Positions 52,028 through 64,000 of a stretch of 64,000 bases of DNA are shown here, piece after piece. Each line of letters begins with the position of its first letter. Position 1 is the first letter of the stretch. Origin of the DNA: Octopus vulgaris (taxonomy: Eukaryota); assembly GCA_951406725.2 (NCBI GenBank), contig OX597817.1, positions 114,886,001 through 114,950,000 of the forward strand, given 5' to 3'. The notes under the pieces were generated by a model. It did no database searches and had not been told where the DNA came from. It saw nothing but the letters and a program-made list of their open reading frames with translations. Made by a program: the position numbers and the translations under genes.

Positions 52028-52584
52028 CTTATTTATCTATCTATTTATTTATTTATTTAGTTTATTATCATTTAGAGTGACCAAAAACACTATTCAGACT
52101 ATTCATATCCGAGTTAACAGGAATAAAGTAGTCAAATGGTCGAATACTCTATGATTAGTAACGTTTCAAGTCGTGACCTTTTGATCAGTAGTTAAACTCA
52201 TAAACTGGTGAATCAACAAGCCCGAGTGACTCTAAAACGATATAGTCATATTTATATTTTTCTTTCATGAATTTCTACTGAGAATGGTAACTGTAACGGA
52301 ACATGAAAATTCATGTATAATAAAATCTTATTTTATATGTTACTGTTATTGTTTAGTCTCATGTCAGCCTTTATGAAGCAGACTTTTGATCAAAGAAGCA
52401 TTTCTAGAATACTGTTGATGTAGAGAAATTCAAAGGTTACCAACAAACTGCATGTTTTATCTCTGTAAATTCAAACTGCTCGACGTGTGGGATATTCCAA
52501 CCCATTTAATTACTTGCTACTGTCTCACACGTCTGTTTAAACAGCGTTGATTGTCGGTATACCAACAACAAACCATAGCGACAG

Positions 52585-52908
52585 CAGGCACGACGTCGGT
52601 TATGATGGTGGGGTTCCAGTCGACTCGATCAAATGAACAGCTTGCTCGAGAAATTAACGTAGCAAGTGACTGAGTACTTCACAGACCACCTCTCGTAATT
52701 GTCAGAGAGAGAGAGAGTCAGCGTGACACAGAATGTGACAAAGCTGGTCTTTTGAATTACAGGTGCAACTCATTTTTGTCAGCTGAGTCGACTGGAGCAT
52801 TGTGAAAAATAAAGTAATTTGCTCAACGATATCACGCATCGCCAAGAATCGAACTCACAACTTTACGATTGTGAGCTGAATACCCTGACTTAACCACGCG
52901 CCTTCACG
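52585..52908 (-). mobile_element. Family-D SINE
   Basis: Reverse homologue of 16636-17190. Confidence 0.78.
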
Positions 52909-53111
52909 CAACAACAACGCCGTCCAAGAATTTGGACCTGGAGATCTCCATTTCCAGCGACTTCGAGGGCCACCTCCCAGTGGTGTCGGGCGTCAACGAA
53001 GAGCCCACAACTACAACAAGACGACCAAAGTTTTTTTTTTTCCAAGGTCTGGGGTCTCCCGCCCCTAAGTCCTAGACCATCACCTAATCACCCTTGTCCG
53101 TCTTGTTGCTT

Positions 53112-53151
<40 letters not shown>

Positions 53152-53856
53152 TTAATGTGACAATTCATTATGAAGGAGTTATTAAGGAGACTGCAACATA
53201 GTCTATTGAATCTGCTTGAAATAGCAGTCAAATATCCTTCCGCAAATTACATCGTACCGTCTTACCTTATATTTACATATAGTACATCTAAGACTGCTTT
53301 TCCGAAATTGTTCCTCTTTCCCTTTCTTTTGAAGATGGTTGTGTATGATACAGGAAGGGATATCCGCCAACTGTTTCTCACAGATTCCAATGACTATGTC
53401 AAGGCTTTTATGCTGGTTCCCTCATAATGATATAACATATTATTGCTATAGTTAATTCTTCTTTTTGTTCATATTCTGCCAATCAGCATAGCTTGAAGAG
53501 TCATGTGATACGGTGATCGTTATTAAATAGTTTGTGGCAATTCTTTGTTCTAAAGATTTGGATTTGCAGATAAGACACGTATCACGTTGGCAACGTTTGA
53601 ATTTTCATAAATTCTGGCAATCGCGCTTCCATCAGTTATTCTTGTGAGAAATACTGACTTAAGAATTAAGCCTTAAAGGCACTTAATTCCTTCTTTTAAG
53701 AGATGGTACGCAGGGATTGCAATTCTAAAGAAGGAAATCTGATTGTTACATTAAATAAGCTAAGTAGCTATAGAAGCTTTCTGAATACCTTTTTCACAGA
53801 ATATTAGAGAGTTTAGATGTAAATTGTATATATATTTCTTAACTTTCGAAAGTTCC

Positions 53857-54078
53857 GTTGGCAGAAACGTTAGCACGCCGGGCAAATTGCGTAGCCGTAT
53901 TTCGTCTGTCGTTACGTTCTGAGTTCAAATTCCATCGAGGTCGACTCTGCCTTTCATCCTTTCGGGGTCGATTAAATGAGTACCAGTTACGCACTGGGGT
54001 CGATATAATCGACTTAATCCGTTTGTCTGTCCTTGTTTGTCCTCTCTGTGTTTAGCCCCTTGTGGGTAGTAAAGAAAT
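53857..54078 (+). mobile_element. Family-B SINE
   Basis: Near-consensus copy. Confidence 0.9.
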
Positions 54079-54486
54079 ATGTATATTGATACGAAGTCAT
54101 AATGTCAAGACCAACTAAGAGAAGAATGAAAGGGAAGAACGAAAGAAAAAGAGAGAGGGAGAGAGTATAAGAGAAGATGAAGGCTTATGCGCAAATCCAT
54201 ATATGTACGTGCATGTATGTGTATGCTTAGGGGTATGTATATGTATATGCGTGTGTGTGTGCATCGTTTCTGTCTGTGTGGAAAGAGTGCAATGAATACT
54301 TTATGTGGTTATGTGATTATGTGTGTTTCTGAGTGTGAAGGAAAGTAAATGATAGAGAGAGAAAGAGAGAGAAAGGGAGGGGGTGGGTAGGTGAGAGAGA
54401 ATAAGAAAGAAAAAAAGAAAGAAAACGAGAGAACAACTGAGGGAGAAAAAGAGAAAGCGGGAGTATTTTTGTGTAAGCTTATGAAT

Positions 54487-54567
<81 letters not shown>

Positions 54568-54735
54568 ATGGTTTCAAGCATTCATACGTATTAGCATATG
54601 TATCTGTGTAAAAGCATATGTACGTGTGTTGTTTGTATATGAGCAGTTCCCGCCAAGGTGTTTGACTATGTATAAATTCAGTATTTTAAAATGTTAGAGA
54701 TTTTCCCAGGAAGTGAAGTATTAACCGAGAAAGAG

Positions 54736-54784
<49 letters not shown>

Positions 54785-54886
54785 CATACATACACACACA
54801 TATATATTCATATACATATATATGCATATACGTATATATATATGTGCATATATATGTATATGAATATATATGTATATATTTATATA

Positions 54887-54940
<54 letters not shown>

Positions 54941-55544
54941 TGAATATATATATTCATGCAGTATATAAAGAAGCATAGAGACAAGACAGGGGTAAAATAG
55001 AGATGCAATACTTGGAGAACTTAACAGATGAATGCTTTAATAGTAGCATTGCCGTAATGGACCTGGAAAGCATGTATTTAGCAAGTGAGTGTAGCGGGGT
55101 AAATAGCAACCTCTTCGAAAGATGTAATCAACTGAAATAGAACTTTCTGTGAAAGCAGAAATAATTTGACATTAAGAGGTTAAACCTGGCAATCTTCAAG
55201 CGATGTATCACATTTAAATGATATCGTTAAGTCATTAACAAGGAACAAATTAATGACGCCCAAGCAATTAGAACAGTTTTTAGATTAACTACAACAGCAT
55301 CCGAAAATTGATAGAGGAATTACTAATTTTCGGTATACTGACGCCCAAACTGTCAGGTAAACTTTTATTCCAAATTTAAGTAGATATTTTAGGTGTGGTG
55401 TGAGCTACTAGAATTTTGATGAAGCTGTCTAATTAAAACCAAGAAAATAGGTTGTATTTCAGCAGCTCATACATTAAAGAATTTTCAACAGGGGGGAGGT
55501 GAGGTGGGGGTTTCCTGTAGAAAAAGAGGTATGAGGATAAGATT

Positions 55545-55642
55545 TTTTCTTCTTTTTCTTCTTCTTCTTCTTCTTCTTCTTCTTCTTCTTCTTCTTCTTC
55601 TTCTTCTTCTTCTTCTTCTTCTTCTTCTTCTTCTCCTTCTTC
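55545..55642. repeat. (CTT)n microsatellite
   Basis: Direct reading. Confidence 0.95.
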
Positions 55643-56150
55643 ACGACACGAATATTACCGCAACCAATATCATGACAACCGGCAATACTAGGACACTCAT
55701 TAGCATATACGCCATCGTCATCATCATCGTTCCTCCTCCTCCTCCTCCTCCTCCTCCGCTACCCCCTCTTCCTCCTCATCTTAGATACGGTCACTATAGC
55801 TTTAGTCTAGATTCGTACTACTTCATTCTTCTGCCTCTCATTCCGCTTATTCTCTCTAAAATTGTCTGTTCTCAAGTTAATAATCGTTTCTAGTTCATAA
55901 TGAGAACTGCCTCCCATGGTATTGAACCATATGCATAGTTGCTTGTGTGCATATGTACACTTCCATACACACACACAAAACACATTCATTCGCGCACTTA
56001 CATATACACATACATATGCATTTCTGTGTGTGTGTGTGTGTGTTTGTGTGCTGGTAAGCCATATATGGTATTATTACTTGTAATCAGTAGATATGTATGC
56101 AGCAAATGGATGTTTTACGTGTAATATTTTATATAGTATTCTATTATATT

Positions 56151-56562
56151 AGGCGCAGGAGTAGCTGTGTGGTAAGTAGATAGCTGACCAATCACATGAT
56201 TCCGGGTTCAGTCCCACTGCGTGGCACCTTGGGCAAGTGTCTTCTTCTATAGCCTCAGGCTGACCAAAGCCTTGTGAGTGGATTTGATAAACGGAAATAT
56301 GAAAGAAGCCCATCGTATATATGTGTATGTGTATGTGTATGTGTGTGTGTGTGTTTGTGCGTCTGTGTTTTTCACACCAACATCGCTGGACAACCGCTGC
56401 TGGTGTGTTTACGTACCCGTAACTTAGCGGTTCGGCAAAAAAGACCGATAGAATAAGCACTAGGCTTACAAAGAATAAGTCCTGGGGTTGATTTGCTCGA
56501 CTAAAGGCGGTGCTCCAGCATGGCCTCAGTCAAATGACTGAAGCAAGTAAAAGAGTAAAAGA
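56151..56562 (+). mobile_element. Family-A composite SINE
   Basis: Full length; TATTATAT on both flanks. Confidence 0.9.
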
Positions 56563-56664
56563 ATATTATATAATCGATTATGCAATGCAATGGATCCTCC
56601 GTCGGTTTAAACGATGAGCATTCTGTTGTTTGATCAAATGAACTATTTATAAAGATGTATAAAT

Positions 56665-56883
56665 ATCGGTCTCAAATTTTGGTTTGAGGTCAGCAGTTTT
56701 GGTGGATGAGGTAAGTTAATTATATGGACCACAGTACTTGACTGGTATTTTATTTTATCGCATTCGAAAGGATGAAAGGCAAAGTCGACCCCAGCGGAAT
56801 TTGAACTCAGACCGTAAAGAGCCGGAAGAAATGCCACTAAGTATTTTGTCCGACGTGCTAACAATTCTGCCTGCTTGACGCTT
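56665..56883 (-). mobile_element. Family-B SINE nested in a family-D relic
   Basis: Reverse-strand head and core; family-D-like sequence on both sides. Confidence 0.75.
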
Positions 56884-57139
56884 TACTCGTTACGTAAATG
56901 TTAAAGCGACTGAGTGTATTCTACAGATGCTTGTATATTTACAAATCTCATGTCTTATCAATACGTAACAAACTCAATCTTTTGAAGTACATCTGCAAAA
57001 ATTATGGGAGCCATGTATTTATTGAGTGGTGTGACACCCCAGGATTCGCATGGTGAGAGTGGACTCGGGATCACATGTTTCGGCTACATCTATGTTCTAT
57101 TGTACTTCAACATATAGCATCCATTGAAACATACATATT

Positions 57140-57535
57140 CGTTTCTGCTCTAAGCACAAGGCCCGAAATTTTGGGGGAAGGGTCCAGTCGATTGGATCGA
57201 CCCCAGTACGCGACTGGAACTTAACTTATCGACCCCGAAAGGATGAAAGGCAATGTCAACCTCGGCGGAATTTGAACTCAGCACGTAGCGGCAGACGAAA
57301 TACCTATTTCTTTACTACCCACAAGGGCTAAACACAGAGAGGACAAACAAGGACAGACAAACGGATTAAGTCGATTATATCGACCCCAGTGCGTAACTGG
57401 TACTTAATTTATCGACCGCGAAAGGATGAAAGGCAATGTCGACCTCGGCGGAATTTGAACTCAGAACGTAGCAGCAGACGAAATACCGCTAAGCATTTCG
57501 CCCGTCGTGCTAACGTTTCTGCCAGCTCGTTGCCT
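57140..57535 (-). mobile_element. Family-B SINE with tandem second body
   Basis: Full copy 57303-57535 fused to a headless body with a different tail. Confidence 0.88.
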
Positions 57536-57579
57536 TAGAAACTCCTAAATATTACCATTTTGCCATGTGTCTTTTCTTT

Positions 57580-57970
57580 TATCTTTTTTTACTTGTTCCA
57601 GTTATTGAACTGCGTCGGCGTTGGCGCACCACCTTGAAGTATTTACTCGAAAAAATCAACCTCAGTACTTATTTTTAAAAGTTTGGTACTTATTCTCTCG
57701 GACTGTTTTGCAGAACCGCTAGGCTGCAGTGATGTAAGCAGACCCACACCAGTTGTCAAGCAGTGTCGAGGACAAAGACAAAAGCAAACTCAACGACACA
57801 CACACTTAGAATTGTATTCTTTTGGGTTTTTGTTTACCAAAGCCACTCACGAAGCTTCAGTCGGCCCGGGGTTAAAAAGGAAACACTTGCCCAAAGTATT
57901 GCACAATGGGGCTGAACTCATGATCATGTGATTTGGAAGCAAGTTTGTTACCTACACAGCAACGCCTGCG
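57580..57970 (-). mobile_element. Old family-A SINE
   Basis: Diverged but colinear with 17350-17812. Confidence 0.72.
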
Positions 57971-59259
57971 TAGATGTAATATGTTTTTATATCGCAAAAT
58001 ATATATGTGTATATATGTTTGAGGATTTACAAATCGGTCGTGTAGCGGTTGTGGGCAGCTTCGACGACTGACCCAAGAAAAGCTAAGATTATGCGGTGGA
58101 GTTGTTCATAATAGACACTGTTTACCACCACAAACATATCTCTCTTTCAAAAGAGAATTAAGTCTTTCAAAAGAGCATTAAGTTTTTTGAATGACGTTAT
58201 ATCTAATGATATCTTTGACGAGTATTTGACGAGTTGATGGACTCGATCACTAAGTGACAATAAACAGGAAACAATTTTCTTACTACAGCAGATGTAGCTT
58301 TTAAGCATATTTTACGACAAATGCTCCCAACAAACGATGTCTTACCACCACGCTTCGTGTCCATCTCGCCTGCTAATCTTTACAGGCCACTTTACAGGTG
58401 GACTGTTTTATCGGAAATCACTGAAATTTGCACATGGCTGAATCGAACATCAAAATCGCAGAGGCACAAGATTTTCGAGCTCTGAATCATCTCGATTTTG
58501 CATATTAATTAGCACAGAGTGAACATTTTCAAAGTGAATTAAATCTGCGTTATCGTCGTTTTCCAGTCTTTGGTTGCATTCTCACGTAATTCAGCTGTTA
58601 TTGAATTTCCGGTCCGCATTGATTTTGGCTTGTCAATAAGCGTTCTGAGGTGATCGCAAAGATCATACGAAATGAGAGCTGGCGCAGTATTCGTAAAATG
58701 ACACCATATTTATAACACATTTTCCTTTCAAAACACATGCATCTTGAAGTTAGAAGTTATACAGTGTGTAGTAAAATAGACTATCCGAGTGGAGACCTTC
58801 GGTGTTCTTGCGTCTACCTTACTGTCCTTTGGAGGCAACGTCATTTACGTTTTGTCCGCCGGGAACAAGAGGCGGACTGACAATCTTCTCAGTTATTTCT
58901 TAAAATAACTGAATACTGATCTTAAAGTAGGAACACAGTCATATACACTATCTGTAACAACGCGACATAGTAATGTATTTAACAAGTGATGAATAGGGCC
59001 TTAGGCTCAATTCAGATAGATATGAAAGGCTGTTGGAAACCACCACCACCACCACCACCACCACCACTACTACCACCAACACCTACATCATCAGCGTAAT
59101 TGATGCTAATATTATGTGTAATGCTACAAGAAGTACAGTAATGATGACATCGACTACAACGACGACAAAATTGTAGAGGAGGTGGTGGTCATATTTGTGT
59201 TAATGATGATAATGAGGACGGAGGTGAGGAAGATGAGGATGATGACGACTATGATAATA

Positions 59260-59644
59260 ACGGTTTCAAATTTTGGCACATGGCCGGAAATTTTGGTGTG
59301 GGCGTAGGGATGAAGCCTAATTAGATCGACCGCAGTGCAGAACTGATACTTAATTTATTGACCCTGAAAGGCTGAGAGGCAAAATCGATCTTAGAACGTT
59401 AAGATGGACGACAAACATTTTGCTCGGCGTGTTAACGATTCTACCAGCTCGCCGCCTTAAAATAAAAAAAAATTCTTTCTACTATTACATCGATCCCAGT
59501 TCATAACTGGTACTTATTTTATCGACCCCGAAAGAATGAAAGACAAAGTCATCCTCAGTGGGATGTTGACTCAGAATATAAAGGCGGACGAAATACTGCT
59601 ACGTATTTTGCTCGGCATGCTATCGATTCTGCTAGTTCATTGCC

Positions 59645-59646
<2 letters not shown>
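59260..59646 (-). mobile_element. Two tandem family-B SINEs next to (AAT)n/(GAT)n
   Basis: Two heads (about 59458 and 59646) and two cores. Confidence 0.8.
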
Positions 59647-59733
<87 letters not shown>

Positions 59734-59792
59734 AATAATAATAATAAATACGAATGCTGTTTAAGATTACAACGATAATGTTAATGTTGTAA

Positions 59793-59836
<44 letters not shown>

Positions 59837-61694
59837 AGTGGTGGTGTGCGTGATATTAAAGAGTAGTAATTAAATCTCAAGAGAAATTTCAGGTTTCTTT
59901 CGTCATTTAATGACAAATGTTAGTCTTCGCAGAAATCTTTATTGCGTCTACCAATCAACTTGGAACTGATTCCATTTCAACTGGATCCGGTTTTCATTCT
60001 TTTGCTGTTTATTTTATTTTGAGCTTTCGAAAAAAAAAAAAAAAAAACAAAAAAACAAAGGAAAAAACACAGAGGAAAAAGAATTAAACAATATCTAAAA
60101 AGAATGAGGCGTTTCAACCACACCAGCTCACGGCTCATGCTGTGATTCTGCGTTATTTATTCAGGGAATTTCGTTAATTTGTGTCAATGTGCTGGGCTTG
60201 TCACATGGCTTTGGTTTAATGAGAGGGCGTTATATGGCCGCGTATCCTTTTAGAAATAGCAACAAAATCTCTTTCGAAACAAGTCTTACTGTCTTTTTTT
60301 CTTAAAAAAAGAGACGCCAGAAAATTGAGAACCGAATTCTCTGCATATAAGAAAAACGGAATAGTCATGGCTGGAACGCATTTGATTATGGGTTTAACTT
60401 GTGTTGGTGTCAAGATAAAACACCTAAAAATACAACAAATATATTTCTCTCATACCATTCTTTCGTCTTAAATATAGAACGATACACTGCATAAGGTTAT
60501 CCTTGCATGAGTTTATCCATGGTTAAGGTTATTCCTGCATAAGATTATCCATGCATAAGGTTATTCGTGATATGCAAAAGAGAGGATGATCATAACTGGA
60601 ACGTCTTTGATCGTATGTCTGCTTAGTGACAGTTGACCTGGAGTTAAGTAACAACGACAAAGTCCTGGACCTTGGATGAGTCTAATGGACTTCGCTCAGA
60701 TGTAAATATTCGGAGTGGGCTCTCGATTTCCTTTTTCGTCCTCTCCTTCTTCCTGCAGATATTAACCTCAAGAAACTCCTCGGCCACATCAATCTCACAA
60801 GTCTGTAAGAAACTGCAAGGATTATGGGGATCGCCCTTACTATTCTAACCTCAAAGTCAAAGTTTGTATTGTAGCACAATTATTCCATGCAGTATTTGTT
60901 CTGGTTTGCTAAGTTCAAATCATGCCAAGGCCAAATTTAGCCTCCATCCCTTCAGAGTAGATAAATAATAAAAAATCAGTCGAGTGCTGTGGCTATTTTT
61001 TTTTTATCACTATCTCGGAATTAGCAATGTGGAATCAAGAAAGGAACGTTCACATCGCAGTCTCATTAATTCTTTTATTGCGAGCACAAGAACGAAAGAA
61101 AGTTTCTTTTCGTTCTTTTATGTAACTAATTGGAATTCAATATCCGCGAATGGACATATATTCATACACATACGTCCATTCGTTCACTCATATGGATGGA
61201 TGTCTAAGTGCTCAATCATACAGAGAAAGTGAAAGTAAAAGTGAGAGAGAAACGGAGACACAGAGAGAGACGGAGATACAGAGAGAGGGAGAGAGACGGA
61301 GACACAGGGAGAGACGGAGACACACAGAGAGAAAGAGAGATTCTTAGGCAAACACTAGAATCTTTACATACTTCATACATAGATGTCCAGTAAGGTTTAT
61401 ATACGCAAACAAACGCAGGTTTTTGAACAAGCGTGTATTCTTACACTCACAGATAGACAGAATCACTTACTCACACTCACACATGCGTACTTTCACACAA
61501 GTTTACACACACACACATACACATATATACACGATATTCTTACACATTCTCACACAAACACACACGCGCACATGCCCATATTTACGCGCGCATATAACAT
61601 TTTTACCCTCTCATCTATACAGGTGCATAAACACGCTCAAGCGTAATCGTACACATAAACGTTACACATACATTTTTGCATACATAAATACATG

Positions 61695-61730
<36 letters not shown>

Positions 61731-64000
61731 AGTGCTCACACATGTAAAAATAATCGCACAAACACTTAACGACACACATTCTATTACACATACAAGCATA
61801 CGTTCAATTTTTGATTTTGTTTTTGTTTTTGTTTTTCCATTTTATTTTTCCTTGATTTTAGCTTTGAAAGAGTTAAACAGTTTTACTGGAGGATAGAAAG
61901 AAGGAAAAAGAAAAAGGAAAAAAAAAAGAAAACCTTTATTCTTGTAATTGTATTTTTCTCATCCTGTTTCGCATTCACTTTCACATCTTTTTTCTTCCTT
62001 TAACCCTAACTGTCATTAATTGTTTAATAGCTTATAGTTGCAGGCAAAAATTGCAGGAATTTCTCAAGTTTGAGCTTTTTAACTGTGAGTACTTAACGTT
62101 TTGTTTTCGTCAACAGCAACATCACTTTCGCCACCACCACCGTCGTCATCATCATCATCATCATCATCATCATCAGTACCATCTTTAGGAAAGGGCAATG
62201 AACTGGAAGGATCGTTTGAGCAAGCAAATAAAATTAAAAAAAAATTTGTGTCATTCAGCTACTTCCACGGAACGTTTTGAGTTCATATACAGCTGAAATC
62301 AGTTTTACCTTTCAACTTTCCGGAGTCGATGAAATACAGTACCCGTCATGTACTGGGGTTGACTTAGCTGAATAAACAACCCACCCACCCCCCTTACCCA
62401 CCCACCGCCCACCCTCGAAATGTCAGGCCTTGTGCCTATGTTAGAAGCAATTATCAACAGTAGCATCGTTGGATTTTGTTTGTTAAGGCGGTATTTGTTA
62501 TTTTGCTCTTGTCATTTGTGCAATTAGCCGATGGTAATGAGGTGTTGCAGTACAGGGAAATTATCTTGTAATTCAATTTCCAGTTTAACTTCATTTGTTT
62601 TTATATTTATTTTTTTCTTCTTCGAAAATAAATGAAAAAATTGAAAAAGACTAAAGACAAAATTATATAAATCGTTACGCATTCTCTCTGAAGGATTTCG
62701 AATACGCAATTGGTAATTTGTGACAAGCCTGGAGGGATTAACAGAGTATACACAATGGCCAAAATATTTCATTTTGAGAGCTATCACTTATGCATTTATA
62801 AGTTACAGCTGTATGAACCGGTTTGATGTGAGATTGCTGATTATGTAACCAAACTTTGAAACCAATATAGGACACATTGAATAAGGTTATCTTTAATTTT
62901 CAAAAAAGACGAGATGATCACGGTTGGAATGCGTTTGATTATTAATCGTGTTTATCAGGATTGTCCTGAGGACAAACAACAACAATAACAGTGTTGACCA
63001 ACGTTTTGGATTCCTTGTGGGTATAAATCTAACCCGTTACTCTGTTTAAATGCAACCTGGTCCTTGAGAGAATTTCTAAGCGTCCACTCTGTTGTGAGTA
63101 TTTGTACCATATAACTCCATATATTCATACACTGCCTTTGTACTGAATGTTGTACAGAACGCAAAAAAACGGACAAAGCACGTTTAAGAATCTTTGCCTC
63201 GTGTGCTTACGATTTTGCCTGCTGCTCGCTGCTATCGTAATATCCAATATCAAATTTGTTTTACTAATAACACTGGAAGAGGTTTGGTTCTTGCTTGCAT
63301 AAAAAAATGAAAAGAAAAGATAATAGTAACTATTAACGACGATTATGCAACGATATGCATATATGCAGTCGAAAATCATCCTGTTATCACTCTACTTAAG
63401 AAAGTCGAAACCTGTGTCATCTCTAGAGACGAGCACTACACTGAAATGTATGTGTGTTGGTTCAGCCACTTACTTTAAAGATACGAAAGTGTAAGACAGA
63501 AGAAGGAAGACGGAAAATAAGAGGCATTCGTTCATTGACACTTTCATTCAACGGGGAGTTGACGCATGGTCACACAACTTGCTGGAAAAAGGAGTGAAAG
63601 CTTTCACGACTAATGCTCCGCCGTCTTTAATTAGGAATTGACGCACTGGAAAATTTGCACTTATTTTTACACACTCACACTCACACACATACACACACAC
63701 GCACACACACACACACACATACACATACACATACACACACGCACGCGCACGTACACACACACACACACACGCACACACACATATGCATACATGTATGTAT
63801 TTAATGTCTACCCTTATTATATTGACTTGCAGAGAACTGTCAGGGACTGGTGCTTCTGCTTGTATATTTAATTTTTGTTTTGTTATCTCTAAAGGTGTCT
63901 TCACATTCCAGCAGTAGCTTCATAAAAGTGAGTTTGCAGGAAATTAACATGGAAAGTTCGTTCACACAAATGGCAAATGTCTTCAACTGTGCTATGGTGA

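Overview
AT-rich, microsatellite-dense eukaryotic DNA. The SINE/LINE repertoire suggests an octopodid cephalopod (inference, not searched). The only confidently recognisable host coding sequence is the last coding exon of a PDSS2-like decaprenyl-diphosphate synthase subunit 2 gene (6054-6206, +). The rest is a mosaic of decayed mobile elements: several lineages of microsatellite-targeting R4/Dong-type non-LTR retrotransposons, at least four tRNA-like SINE families, an RTE LINE relic, a Gypsy RT/RNase H relic, Penelope-like fold-backs with degenerate hammerhead ribozymes, a near full-length hATm-type transposon, Tc1 and mariner relics, and piggyBac- and Tc1-type MITEs. Most listed ORFs are simple-repeat artefacts. 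Most notable: strand-locked alternation of SINEs and R4/Dong elements on shared (TAA)n platforms, short-range templated sequence captures, a CpG-decay boundary near 31 kb, and two speculative small-exon gene models (one with an in-frame TGA exon). Coordinates of decayed elements are approximate; all family assignments are by eye and family letters (A-D) are my own working labels.
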